A DNA stretch of 62,888 nucleotides, the filler included, from Octopus bimaculoides (lineage: Eukaryota), in assembly GCF_001194135.2 (NCBI RefSeq). It is 7 parts of 7 records of this genome, joined end to end, with 100 filler letters (N's around TTAATTAATTAA, not from the genome) between each part and the next. Parts side by side here need not be neighbours in the genome. Positions count along the whole stretch, not along the records: positions 24,398 to 36,706 come from NC_068992.1; positions 36,807 to 51,934 come from NC_068982.1; 5 more parts are not named here. One strand, 5' to 3'. Within the stretch, counting starts at the first letter, position 1, and every line of letters begins with the position of its first letter. The notes below the pieces were generated by a model. It saw only the letters and a list, made by a program, of their open reading frames with translations. It made no database searches and was not told the DNA's origin. Position numbers and translations under genes: made by a program. Below are positions 25,331 through 38,573 of the stretch, piece after piece.

Positions 25331-25619
25331 ACGCATGTATGTACGTATATATTATGTATGTGTAGTGCAATGGGACAGAACCTAAAATTACATGGTTAGA
25401 GAGCAAGCAACTTAACAACACAGCCACGCTTGTTATATATATTTTTGCAAGATTACTCAGTTTTAATAGAAGCTTTGTTCATAATTTTGTAAATAGTTTC
25501 GAAAATTTTTAATACTGTATTTATTCGTGTTTAAGTTGCACATTTGATTTAGTGTCAAATCTTGGTAAAAGTTATTTTTCCATTCATCTTCAAACTTGAT
25601 ATCAGCTTTGACCAGTCTT

Positions 25620-25970
25620 TTCAGTTAAAATCAAGTATAAGTTACTGCAATTAATACACATGTAAATACGGTGTATGTAATTTTACGAGCTTTAATCAAA
25701 CTTTTAGTTTCATATTAAAACACTTATCTTTCAAATTTATTAATAATCGAGGGTAATTAATTTACACCTGTATGTTAAATATCAGTTTTAACCGTGTGTA
25801 AGTCACACTTCAGTTAAAATGAAATATAAGTTACTGCGCTTAATTCACATGTAAATACGGTGTGTGTAATTCTACGAACTCAGATCAAATTTTTAGTTTC
25901 ATATTAAAAAATTTATCGTCCAAATTTATTACTTGTCCTGGGGATTGGAATTTACACCTGTATGTTAAAT
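25620..25970. repeat. Two diverged tandem copies of a ~189-bp unit
   Basis: ttcagttaaaa...catgtaaatacggtgt...ttttagtttcatattaaaa...tttacacctgtatgttaaat begins at ~25620 and ~25809. Confidence 0.85.
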
Positions 25971-27744
25971 TAGAAAGTATTTAGTACATAACCTGATTTT
26001 CTCTTGCCAGGATCTTGGCTTTGTCTCGCTCTGTTTTGATCAGCATTTGTATAGGATCACAGCTTATTGAAAAAAATTTAAAGTATCAAGACTATAGGTT
26101 GATATATCTGGAGCAACCTCCATACTTTGATGATGTTGTTTAATGTAATATAAGTTTTGAATATGTAAGAACTTCGTTGAACGTCATTTCACCTATGACA
26201 ACATTCGAAAGATGATATACAAAGATACTTCGTTTTCAGAGATAGTGTATCAATTATTCTATCATCCGGTCTATTATTCCCTTTGTAAAAGGGTAGAGCA
26301 TGATATAAGAAACGTTTGGCTACTATTTGTAGCCAGCTCAACGCCTCTATAGTGACTCATTCCCGAGCTCTCTCTCATACATTCACACCCATACATTACT
26401 GTACATTGGTATCATACGGCGTATAGAATCAAACACGACAAGCAACGAAGGTAATGCATAAGCAGCTGCCAACGTTTTGACTCCGGTCAAAATCAAAGTC
26501 AATAGTAGAAGCGTTCCAGCAGCTGCACACGTTTCATAAATCTATTAGTAGCACGTCGAAGGAAATCTCTTTACAAAAGATGTATCAAGCTTGTATGTCA
26601 TGTTCCAGCGACACCACAAATGATGCGATGCTTTCACAGGAATAAATGCCATGTATGAAATGAAAAACAATGAAGTGGAAACAATAATAAATTTATGTAA
26701 TGTGACTCGACATACAGACATATATACATGTAGATACATACATACATACGTTATCGAAGTCTTTTCAACCAAGATTATATATATATATATANNNNNNNNN
26801 NNNNNNNNNNNNNNNNNNNNNNNNNNNNNNNNNNNNNNNNNNNNNNNNNNNNNNNNNNNNNNNNNNNNNNNNNNNNNNNNNNNNNNNNNNNNNNNNNNNN
26901 NNNNATATACACGTATATATATATATACACGTATATATATATATATACATACATACATGCATGCATGCATACATACATACAAATATGTGTACACATACAT
27001 ACATACATACATATATATAGATTGAACCGCAAAAGAAACGCAATTTTTTGCAAATGTCAATTTTATATGGTAAATTCTGAAAGTTTATTTCGGGGATGTA
27101 AGTGTGAATATTCCAAGACATGCTAGTTTATGACTAAGACCCACATCGCAGGTAACATTTCAACTTTCCCTGAAGCGATACGCCAAAACACAGCTGCATT
27201 GAATGCTGTGGTTGGCAGTCGCAAACAATTGTCTATTTCAAATTGATCCTCATCTCATATCACTTTATGCTAAATATTTTTTCACTGCATTCCTGAAAAT
27301 CCACAGAATAAAATATAACTTATTACTACGGTAGAAACAAGTTAAATTGAAACTGTCGAAAACTAATGCATGTAGCTCTGTGTTTGTGTGCCAATCTCTA
27401 TACGTGCATCCATGTGTATCTATGCTTATAGATACACACACACACGTATATATATGGCTTATATATATATGTATATATATNNNNNNNNNNNNNNNNNNNN
27501 NNNNNNNNNNNNNNNNNNNNNNNNNNNNNNNNNNNNNNNNNNNNNNNNNNNNNNNNNNNNNNNNNNNNNNNNNNNNNNNNNNNNNNNNNNNNNNNNNNNN
27601 NNNNNNNNNNNNNNNNNNNNNNNNNNNNNNNNNNNNNNNNNNNNNNNNNNNNNNNNNNNNNNNNNNNNNNNNNNNNNNNNNNNNNNNNNNNNNNNNNNNN
27701 NNNNNNNNNNNNNNNNNNNNNNNTATATATATGGTGGTTGTCTA

Positions 27745-28210
27745 CTCCTTACACAGAGTTTGACCACCTCCTGCACCTACACCTTAGCCCTTTCATGGCG
27801 TCTGATGTGGCTTTTTAAACCAGACAATGTTTTGAAAAAAACACCCACACTGATTGTACCTCTGATTTGTACTACCAATACCTGCAGGTAAGTTCTGCTC
27901 ATTGTGGATCCTAACAAGTCTTTTAAGACCCCCCATTGGATTTGCAAGCCCACTGGCACACACCACATTCAAACGTGTGCACAGACATATAGTCAGAATA
28001 GCTGGTTGAAGTTTGTTTTCCATGGGTTCGCAGGTGACATTTGAGGCCAGTCAAAAACAGGCATGGTCTGTCACAGACTGTGCGCACAAAAAGGTCCTTG
28101 TCATTCACCTTCTCGATCTTTACACGGCATGTTATTGGCAATCTTCGTTAAGGATCTCTGAAAACAAGCCCCAGCAGAATCAACATGGTTATTTCGAAAC
28201 TTCCAAGTGA
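27745..28210 (-). mobile_element. RTE-type 3' end with three decayed C2H2 zinc fingers
   Basis: VCDRPCLFLTGLKCHLRTH, FECGVCQWACKSNGGLKRLVRIH, FKTLSGLKSHIRRH, broken by frameshifts. The 32600-33560 copy also ends in Cys/His remnants. Confidence 0.55.
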
Positions 28211-28299
28211 AAATTAACTCACATTTTCTCCGGAAATAATTATTTGCTGATATATATACACATTTGGAATCGTCTAAATGACATTTAGGGCGTAAAACT

Positions 28300-28941
28300 T
28301 CTAGCATTAGATGAGAATGTAAACATAGATTCGGCTGATGTCAGTACTACCGAGGGTTGGACTGACGAGGAGATTGTCGAAGAATTGAGAAGCTCCGCAG
28401 ATGACACTGTGCTGATATCGACGACGAAGCTGGTGATGATGATGGGAATGAGGAAGGTGGTGAATCTAGTACCCCTCCCACAAGTGGTGATGCATATTCC
28501 GCCTTGAATACTTTGCGACGGTTTGTTCTCTCCACAGAATGGCCAGAGGCTGAAGACATTTTCGATTGAACAGTGTAAACAGAGAAACTGATTCACAGGA
28601 ATACTATGCATTCTTGTGAATCAGTTTACCGTTCTGAAACAAGAAAACTACCGACATTTTTGAACTGAAACAAATGTATTCGTATGTGAACGTGATTGTC
28701 TTCGTATGTACCTAATCTCAAATCTGTCGATTTTATAAGAGTAGATTAGCATCAGTACAGTAATTCAATATGTTGATTTTTATTTAGTACTCATGAAACT
28801 TGAGATTACCTTATCCTGATGAACCTCATCGAGTACTGTATGCTCCGTAGAAGGATGCGCGGTACAAACAGGTTTCACTTCGGACAATCGGATATAATCG
28901 ACAAATTTTCCCGAGGTGTCTGTTATATCCGAAGTCTACTG
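28300..28941 (+). mobile_element. pogo/Tigger-like 3' fragment
   Basis: VNIDSADVSTTEGWTDEEIVEEL...acidic tract...DAYSALNTLRRF; right TIR ...gttatatccgaagtctactg followed by TA. Confidence 0.75.
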
Positions 28942-29439
28942 TAGTACTTTCATGCATTAAACTATGCAATCTTCAGGTTCATATAGAAGTGGTGACAGTT
29001 ATCTTTTACAATTTACAACTGTAGTGGGATGGCTGAAGTGTGTGCTTTAAATACATTTCTATAGACTCCAGAATGTTAAGTTTTGTAAACTGTATTCTGA
29101 CCAATCAGTGTGTGGCTTCACTAAATTAGTTAAGTTAATTGGTGTTTGGTATAGGCGTCACGATTTGTTGAACATGTCAAGAGACCTGTATTTTGACTCT
29201 GGCCAAATCAGTAAATGTCTGGCTATTTTTAGAAATGTAAACAATATTTCCCTGGGAATTTTACATTTCACTTATCATCATCACCATTTTCATCACTTTT
29301 ATTAATGTTGTTGATGGTGGAGGTGGTGGTAGTGGTGGTGGTCGTCATCGTAGTCGTCGTGGTAGTGGTGGTCGTCGTGGTCGTCGTGGTGGTAGGAGTA
29401 GCTGTGGTAATAGAACTTTAAATCCTAAATAAGATTATT

Positions 29440-30250
29440 TTTACTGACTTTTCTCTGGACCTAGCAAGTATTTTCCTGCTATCGTCATCATGAGAACATT
29501 TAGTATTGTTTTGTTGTTAGTGGTAGTAGAAATAGTACCTCTCAGTATTATTGTCACTGTTTATTTAGCTTGGGTTAAAATTTATCAATAAAGTTTTTTC
29601 TCTGATTTTTCTTTCAATTTCATTTGGACCGTGTAGTTTGTTGAATGGAAGTATTATAAATATTTTCCGACCACATGTTACTAGATGGTTAGTCAAACGT
29701 ATTTGACGGACATCTGGGTTTCTAATTTGCTGTCGGAGCACAGGTGAACGTTCTGATAGAGCATTTCCAGTCTTACCTACATATAGTCCTTCACAATTCG
29801 GGCATTTGATGCAGTAAATTAAATTTCTGTTTTTGCAGTTCATATTTGCGTTTATGAATATTCTTCGGTTTTTGTGTTCATGTATTGGCCGGTATGTATG
29901 AATTGGCACGTGCCATATCGGCTATCATTGCATTTGGATACAGTGAATGATTGGTCTTTGTTGCTAAGGTCAAACTTTGCCTTTGTTAATAATTGTTTCA
30001 AGGTTTTCGGCTGTCTTTTATTATGGACCATAGCTCGATCAGTGATTATATCTTTTAATTCAATACTTTGAGCAATGATTGGTAGGTTTACTTTGGCAAG
30101 GTTGAAGATATTCTGGTGACATGGGTTGTGTGTCTTTATAAATGGTGTGACTTGTTCTAGTTTTCTTCTTCTTTGAGTAATCCTAAGTTGTTGTATGGGT
30201 ATTAAAATGGTATATAGCCCGCTATATGCCATTTTCTATAATTAGACATG
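29440..30250 (-). mobile_element. Penelope-like element remnant (RT thumb to GIY-YIG)
   Basis: KRQPKTLKQLLTKAKF...CNDSRYGTC and CKNRNLIYCIKCPNCEGLYVGKTGNALSER (IY..YVG motif); frameshifted. Confidence 0.8.
29451..29497 (-). ncRNA. Eroded hammerhead remnant 3' of Penelope GIY-YIG remnant
   Basis: UUCUC-AUGAUGA, stem UAGCAGG/CUUGCUA, GGUC-CAGAGAA. The GAAA segment is deleted. Confidence 0.3.
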
Positions 30251-31254
30251 GATATTCTTGTTTGAGCAAAAATCGCAAGAACATAGGGAAATAACATTAC
30301 GTAACTTTCAAACATTTGTTGGTGCGATTTAAGTAAATTACTCACAGTAACAAAGCAAAAGTAAGTTACAATCATTGCTCATCGTCAACATATTGTCAGG
30401 ACACGTAGAAACTCTACCCCCCCTTTTTTTTTTCAATATTCCTATTTCTAATTAGGAGATAACATTACTTCATTGCGTAAAAGATTTCAAATTAGGTCTT
30501 CAAATTCGTTCCATAGTTAAGGTTCTTTAAGGCGTAATGCTAGTACTTTCTTCATTATGTTAAAGATTTCGATCATGCGATCATGCTTTTGATTTTGTTA
30601 TTGTCTTTTTGTTGTCTTTTGTTTAGTTTTGTTGTTTTTGTTTAGTTTTGTTGTTTTTGTTTAGTTTTGTTGTTTTTGTTTTGCGAACTGATTTATTGTA
30701 GTGAATATAGTTAGGTGCGCGCACGCGCGCGTAATTGTGAGGTAGGAAACGTAAGTCTAACACTTGGAGTTCTAGCCCTTTATCATTACATGAGGAACAG
30801 AGAGGAAGAGAGTAATGTTATAACATCTATTCTGAGCAAGTAAATTTTTCTTCTATTCCACGTTTTACACTACAAAAAAAAAAGAGTCTCAAGATTTCAA
30901 ATTTATATTTAATGGGTTTATTATACTTCATCGCACTATCATAAACAATATTTAGCTTCAAAGCTAAACCGATAATTCTAGTTTTCATACCTACACCTCG
31001 AAACCTCAGTGGATTAAATAATGTGAACACTTTCCAAGCACGTCAAATTTACTTATTTCTCCGTAGATTGGAAAATTAAAGAACAGCCTTCATCAGATTT
31101 CGATCTTTATGGAAGTCTCATCAGGCTAGGAATTATATCGATTCATCCCAATTGTCTGAATGAAACTGGCCGATACATCAGTACTCATCTCTTGTTCGTT
31201 GCACATAAATTTATTTTATGAATGTTGTTAAATGTTTTCATGGATGTAAGCCTT

Positions 31255-31490
31255 AACTAGTCACGTTGAGCTCTACTCGGCTTATATGGCATATAAGCGA
31301 CGAGATTACAACATTCAGCCTGAACAGGAAGCCAGTCCGTTGCAGGGCTACTCATTTACAGCTAGAGGTCAACGTGGAATAACGTGTTTTATTCAAAAAT
31401 ACACCGCACCGTCCGGTCCGGGAATCGAAACACGACTTCGCGATCTTAAGTGCAGCACACTATCCACTAGGCCAGACGCATTTACTAACC
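31255..31490 (-). mobile_element. tRNA-derived SINE family C
   Basis: ...aacgtggaataacgtgttttattcaaaaatacaccgcaccgtccggtccgggaatcgaaac; reverse B box present. Other copies at ~9300-10250 (split), 15860-16000, 22720-23010, 60505-60700. Confidence 0.75.
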
Positions 31491-32599
31491 TGGCTAACGA
31501 GAAATCAATTATCATATTTTCGACATAGCTTATAGCATACATATGCAATGTAAGCATTCAAACATCATCACTATCTCTCCAAATCATCCAGCGTCTCACA
31601 TGGAATCTTTTGTTCTCCAAAGTCGTCTTGGTTTATATGTCGACCTAACTTTTCTGACTTGAAATTCGACTTGTATGCCGGATATTAGGAATGTAGGGGA
31701 TGCCAAAGTATCAGATGAATTGCTTCTGTCTTAGAGCCGAGTATCTTCCCTCTAGTAGCAAATACACTTTATAAGATATCCACGGATGTATTTTAGATAA
31801 GAGGGAATCTAGCAGCTCATCCTGGTTTTCGCGTGAGGTTTTTATTGTGAAGTGTAGATCGCGCATTTTCTGATAATATTAGTGATGCAGATGCGAGAAA
31901 ATGCTTATAACTTAAAACCAAAAGCAGATCATGGCCTCGTCTCGGACTGCACAAAACTTTCCATTTTGCTTTGTATATGTTTCTATCACATGATAGAAAT
32001 ACTTTACGTTTAAGTGTCTATTTTATGACTTAATCAAAAGAGGCTGAGTAGAGATATTCGGATTTAATTCTAAGAGAGTATCTAGGAACAAAAGCCATGT
32101 TTTCTGAGTGAGGGGAATATTGTCCATTGAATTGTAATAAAAAATTGGCGCGCTTTACAATAAGAATGGCAAACCAGTTGACACTGACAGTATTTCAATT
32201 CAATATGTAGTGGAGTAAATCTAAATAACCGACTTTACTTCCGGTTTCCCTCCTTGTCATCCGGTGAAGCTCTTTAATTGAGACATCTGTATTGTAATGG
32301 AACTTGTGTAAGTATATCTGTCCATGTAACCAGGCCCGTCGCCAGAATTTGTCCCTGGGGGTGCTTTAGAATAAGTAAGTAAAACTCTTGCAAATAGTCT
32401 CTTGCTGTCTTAAATAAATGAGATATTGGATAATATAGCACACTCAACTGAATTACCTGATCTTAAATTAAAGGATATGTAACAGAAAATTCCACAAACA
32501 TATGTTCCCATTACAATTTTCAGACAAAATCTGTATGACAGTTTGTAGCAAGGTTTTACCCTTTGAATTACAAGTACAGTCCACCATTTGGGCTTCTAT

Positions 32600-33560
32600 G
32601 CAGTTTTCATAGTATTAGTTTCATTCACAAGTGTAAAGATCGGTTCAAATCTATAAAAAAAAGAAGATCATTAGCCCAGTACCAGGCAGGGCTTCGAATC
32701 TGGAGCCTTCTGCTCGTATAGAATCAGCAAACCTAGTAGTGCCTTTAGTAGGCTTGTCAAGCGTCTGTGGTCGCGCTATACTATATCTATCCAAACTAAA
32801 GTTAGAGTTTATAGCACATGTGTACTACTATCATTGCTCTATGGAAGTGACATGGGTTGTTTACCGTGAGCATTTGAGGCATTTGGAACGATCCCATCAA
32901 TACTCTCTTAAGAAATTTTTTGGAATAAATTGGAGAATGGTGAACAGTGATGTAGAGGTACTCGAAAAAAAGTTGTAGTAGGAGTGTGGAATCGATCATT
33001 CTGCAAAATCGTTTGAGGTGGGGTGGTCATCTGGTGAGAATGAATGATAATAAACTTCCTAAGCAACTTTTGTATGGTGAGCTGGAAGATTGAAAAAGGC
33101 CAGCACATAAACCGAAAATGAGGTTCAAAGACTGCTTTAAAAGTGCTTTGACGCAGACAGGAATTTCAGATGCTAATTGTGAGAGAGAAGCACAAGACAT
33201 AAATAGATGGAGGAAAAGAGTGAACAGTGGTTGTGTGAAGTTTGAAAGAGAGAGAATGAAGCACGAGTTGATCAAGAGAACGCTTAGAAAGAATAAACCA
33301 ATAGAAAATTAAGGAGTGTTGTTGTTTACGTGTGTGATTTGTACGAGGAAATGCTTGAGTCATGCACACCTGGTCAGCCATGAGAAAAGTCACAGGAATC
33401 AACGCCTTGAAAATTGTGATACAGCTGTTGTTCACAACAGAACATGTGCGACCTGTGGATAAGTGGGCCGTTCAGTTGGAAGATTAAAAAAGACATGTGA
33501 AAAGATTTCATAACGTGGCACCTGTTCCTTCTGCCGGCCGGCACAACTGTGCATTATACA
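32600..33560 (+). mobile_element. RTE-clade LINE 3' fragment
   Basis: HLRHLERSHQYSLK.FFGINW, RLRWGGHLVRMNDNKLPKQLLYGELE, RFKDCFKSAL...AQDINRWRK. Confidence 0.85.
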
Positions 33561-34067
33561 ATAAAATGTGCAAAACTTTGGCAGAGCTCAAATGTTATGT
33601 AAGGGCCTCACATTGCGTTATCAATGACTCATTTCAATGATTCTTTCTAACAATGACTTTGCTCGATTCAAGTTGTAGGCAGTTAGTAAATTTAGAGCAG
33701 TCCGTGGTATGTATAGAATACACCTTTCAGGAACAGTAATTTGCTGACGTCAAAAGTTGTAGGCAGGACTTTAAACTGCATTTGGTAATGGGGGCCTGGT
33801 ACGGGAATTCCTGGGTTGTGAGGAGCGTGGGACCACCTCTCAGTCACTATACTTTCCAGTCTTCTCTAATACGAAACAGTAGCAACTGATAAAGGCAGGA
33901 AACTTGCCTTATGAGTCTATGACTCACGAAGGACGTTTGATTCTTTTTGAATAGAGTAAAAGGTGTGAGTTAGCAGAATAGCTAGGACGCTGGACAAAAT
34001 AGGAAGAGATATGAAACGGATGGAAAATAGGAAGGGAAAAATTAAATTGAAAAAGAGTATGAGAATA

Positions 34068-34104
<37 letters not shown>

Positions 34105-35318
34105 ACAATAAACATTAATCTTTCTACTACAGGCACAAAGCCTAAAATTTTGAAGCACGTGAGTGGGGACTAGTCGAATACATTGAATCCAGTTGTCAAC
34201 TGGTACTTAATTTTGGGACACTGAAAGAATGGAAGCCAAAATCGACGTCAGCGGAATTTGAACTCAGAACGTAAAGCCAGAAGAAATGCTGCTGAGCATT
34301 TTGTCCAACGTCTTAACGATTCTACCAAGCTGTGGGTTAACAAGCATGTGAACCACTGGTAGTGAAGGACCTGCTAGTTCTCGTTAGAACTTGTTTTAGG
34401 AGAAAGTAAACAGGTATTATAAACCTCAACTGCATTTGGATCCTGGTCATCACAACCTTTATTGTGTCACTGGTGTTATAAACTGATTGCACTGAAAAGT
34501 GGTTCCAGTGTTGTGCAACCCTTCATCCACTCAAAACGAATTCACGAACGCGGTCTTCNNNNNNNNNNNNNNNNNNNNNNNNNNNNNNNNNNNNNNNNNN
34601 NNNNNNNNNNNNNNNNNNNNNNNNNNNNNNNNNNNNNNNNNNNNNNNNNNNNNNNNNNNNNNNNNNNNNNNNNNNNNNNNNNNNNNNNNNNNNNNNNNNN
34701 NNNNNNNNNNNNNNNNNNNNNNNNNNNNNNNNNNNNNNNNNNNNNNNNNNNNNNNNNNNNNNNNNNNNNNNNNNNNNNNNNNNNNNNNNNNNNNNNNNNN
34801 NNNNNNNNNNNNNNNNNNNNNNNNNNNNNNNNNNNNNNNNNNNNNNNNNNNNNNNNNNNNNNNNNNNNNNNNNNNNNNNNNNNNNNNNNNNNNNNNNNNN
34901 NNNNNNNNNNNNNNNNNNNNNNNNNNNNNNNNNNNNNNNNNNNNNNNNNNNNNNNNNNNNNNNNNNNNNNNNNNNNNNNNNNNNNNNNNNNNNNNNNNNN
35001 NNNNNNNNNNNNNNNNNNNNNNNNNNNNNNNNNNNNNNNNNNNNNNNNNNNNNNNNNNNNNATATATATATATATATATATAGATAGATAGATATCGTTT
35101 ACCCTTTACTTGTTACAGTCATTAGATTGCGGCCATGCTGGGGCACCACCTTGAAGAATTTTAGTCGAACGAATCGACCACAGTACTTATTATTTTTTGT
35201 AAAGCCTGGTTCTTATTCTATCGGTATTTTACCGATCTGCTAAGTTACGTGGAAGTAAACACACCAACACCGGTGGTGGGGGTACAGGCACAACGACACA
35301 CACACACACACACACGTA

Positions 35319-35352
<34 letters not shown>

Positions 35353-36331
35353 TGTGTGCTTGTGCCTGTGTGTGTGTGTGTGTATACACATATACGATGG
35401 GTTTCAGTTTCCGCCTACAAAATCCATTCACAAGGCTTTAGTCGGTCTGAGGCTATAGTAGAAGACACTTGCCTAAGGTGCCAAGCAGTGGGACTGAACC
35501 TGGAACTATATGGTTGGAACAAGCCTCTTACTACACAAACACACATTTTTGCAGGAAAAGAGAAAAGAACTATCTTTGTGCCTATCGAAAGCTATCGATT
35601 ATTATAGATAAACACAAAACCACACAATGAAAATAGGAAGACACGTTTTCATATCATCAAGACAACAATTTAATGAGTTTTTAAATACTTTAATGATTAT
35701 TTGGTTGCAACAGTTTCCATAATCGTGATCCTATTGATACTCATGTACAACAAGCATCATTAGGATTCTTCCAGTTTCAACTTCATCGCTTTCCCTCTTT
35801 ATAAACACTAGTTAAGTCACAATGTTTCAAAACATCGTTCTGCTCAGTAGGAACAGAATGAGTCAAGGAACATACATTTCGAACAAGAAAAATAACAAGA
35901 AAAAGGTGGGGGAGAGGAAATGTATTGAATAACTGAAAGAATAACGATGTGTTATTTTATTCAACTTTTCTATCCTTTCCTTTTTCTTACTTCTCTGAAT
36001 ATTTTTTTCTTCTTTTATCGATAAAATTTTCAGACATTATCCCTTTCTCTCTTTCACTTCAATTGGTGGTTCAATTTTTTTTCAATTAAATAAGATCTTT
36101 CTTTTAATAGTTTACCCAATTAATTAATTTTTTTCTGTTTTATTTTATAAGAAAGGATCAAATAGTCAAGAAGGAAACATGGAAAGAATTGTTACGGGTG
36201 AGAGTTTAATTTGTCTATAAAGGACAAGTTCACATTATCCGGCACCCTCAAAACATCGGCCTCCATGTATGTATCGCAGATGGCAACGAGGTGTCGTTCA
36301 GTTATTGTTGTGTAGACAAAATTGGTCGTTT

Positions 36332-36502
36332 TTAGTAACAGGAAACTGCCTGGAAATAGCAAGCTGTGATGACGGCACGCTTTCTTTGGATCTCTTTCAG
36401 TTCGTGTTCAGTGCCACCATAATCTCGGAAAGTCTCGTAAGCAACGTCGAGTAAGCGGTGTAGTAAGCGATTAGCCAGCTGCCTCTCTCGCGAAATCTCG
36501 CT
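36332..36502 (-). CDS. AstC: Last coding exon of an allatostatin-C (somatostatin-related) neuropeptide precursor
   Basis: Clean acceptor (tttgttctgttttcgttccag|AGC, phase 0), then 56 open codons SEISRERQLANRLLHRLLDVAYETFRDYGGTEHELKEIQRKRAVITACYFQAVSCY and TAA. An RKR convertase site releases a C-terminal 14-mer with Cys-X6-Cys (36335-36376), the AstC-family pattern, matching the cephalopod peptide as I recall it. Candidate AATAAA at 36139-36144. The signal-peptide exon was not found. Confidence 0.88.
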   Translation of the reverse strand, partial: SEISRERQLANRLLHRLLDVAYETFRDYGGTEHELKEIQRKRAVITACYFQAVSCY

Positions 36503-36524
36503 CTGGAACGAAAACAGAACAAAC

Positions 36525-36525
<1 letters not shown>

Positions 36526-36590
<65 letters not shown>

Positions 36591-36592
36591 TA
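36526..36592. repeat. (TAA)n microsatellite just upstream of the AstC acceptor
   Basis: About 22 perfect TAA units ending ~22 nt from the splice AG. Confidence 0.95.
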
Positions 36593-37728
36593 AAATATAT
36601 ATATTACATGCATTGTAAAACAAATGGCTAAATCTTCTTATTCATCGTTCCCTATTTTGTGTGTAAGTATGTATATATATATATAAGTTCAAAAAAAACA
36701 ATAACANNNNNNNNNNNNNNNNNNNNNNNNNNNNNNNNNNNNNNNNNNNNTTAATTAATTAANNNNNNNNNNNNNNNNNNNNNNNNNNNNNNNNNNNNNN
36801 NNNNNNGTAGAATAATAAAGAGAAAGTTCTTGGTATAGTATTATATATATTTAAAAGAATGAGTAGAGATGGCTTTTTTAAGGCGATAATTTTTATTTTA
36901 ATATCAAGACTAAAATTAAAATTATTCCCTCAAAAAAGTCATCTCTGCTCATTCTTTTAAATATATATAATACTATACTAAGAACTTTCTCTTTATTATT
37001 CTACTATAAATATGTGTGTGTATGAGTGTATGTATATTTTTGTATGTATGTATGTATGTATATTTCTGTAGGTATGTATATATGTATATGTATTTCTGTA
37101 TGTATGTATATATGTATGTATGTATATATGTAAATATATTTCTGTATGAATGTATATACGGATTCATGTATGTATATACACGCTTGTATGTGAGTGTGTG
37201 TGTGTATGTATATGTATTCATATACGTCTGCATGTATGTAAAGACACATGAGAAATAAATCAGTCTAATTGTGTGTAGACATGTATGTGAATGTTGCATG
37301 TGTGTATGCTGTTGTTATTGCTGCTATTTTTGTTGTTGTGAGTACGTACAAACGAATGGCTAAGAAGTTCATTTGGTTGTCATGAAGCCTGAGGTTCGAT
37401 TCCGTTGCGTTGCCGCTTAGTCTTTTATCACAGTCTGCGGTTAATGCAAGCCTTATCAGTGTAAGTGTCTGGACGAAAACCACGTGGAAGCGTGTAATTC
37501 ACTGTGGCACACTGGCGCTGGCTAAAAATTACATTAAGGGTACAACTTTATGAGGAATACTCGACTATTCATACTGTAATTCAATGAATAAGTCGTTCAG
37601 TTGATTGAACAACTAGAACAGTAATCGTCGATGGCGACGCAGATACAGTCATTTGATGAGCACTCGTGCGTGCGCATGTGTGTGTTGTATGTGTAAGGGT
37701 GGATTGCGCGCGCGCATAATTATACAGA

Positions 37729-37759
<31 letters not shown>

Positions 37760-38518
37760 GGGTGTACGCGTGTGTGCCAGTGTGCGTGTATGTGTGTATG
37801 TGTAATAGTGGTCAAACTTCAATGAATATGTCTTCCTTCCTATGAATCATATAAAAACTTACACAGAAATATACACATACACACACATTCACACATTTAC
37901 ACACACACATATGATTATAAATATATGTGTTTGCATATGTGTGTGTCATGTCTATATATTATCAGAGCTCCACATCTATAAACATACATACATAAATGCA
38001 TTCTATACATTATAGCCGTGTACATATACACACATACACAGAGAGATATGGAGATGTTTGCGTACAGCCATGCAGGGACATTTTCACGTGAAACTATCGA
38101 TTCCGATTTTGAAACGCGGTGGACCTATTCTTATCTAAATGTTTATCGACCTATAATGAGATTATAGCATGAACAACAAAAAAAGATGTGTGTGTGTGTG
38201 CTTGTTTGTGTATGTGTGTGTGCGTCTGTGTGCGTGTGCGTGTGCGTGTAATCCAACTTATACATGCACACACACATCGACATTCGTATACATATATATA
38301 ATGATTATATACACTCACACACATTATGTCAATACATACGTGTGTGTATGTGTGTGTGAGTGTACATATATACATATATATATTTTTGTATACAGACACA
38401 CATACATACTGTATACATACATATCAGCAATATCTATATCTACGTGCGTACGTTTCATGTAAGTATAGTATTGATCTTACTATTTAAAGAGTAGGATATG
38501 TGTGCGTGTCTGCATGTA

Positions 38519-38573
<55 letters not shown>

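Noticed and set aside
27745-28210. Host C2H2 zinc-finger gene
   Set aside because: The fingers are frameshifted, lack canonical TGEKP linkers and sit at an RTE-like 3' end; better explained as a retrotransposon tail.
28812-28880. CTGATGA as a possible hammerhead core (also 53190-53225)
   Set aside because: No properly placed GAAA, stem II or NUH partner.
31085-31130. Possible minus-strand hammerhead CUGAUGA-GAC..GAUC-GAAA
   Set aside because: Stem III and the cleavage triplet do not form; at most a heavily eroded relic. The fragment at ~41210-41270 has the same problem.
37340-37470. Candidate upstream AstC exon (open frame QTLTLIRLALTADCDKR...MNFLAIR ending at GTACGT)
   Set aside because: It ends in phase 2 whereas the CAG acceptor at 36502 needs phase 0, and it has no ATG with a convincing signal peptide.
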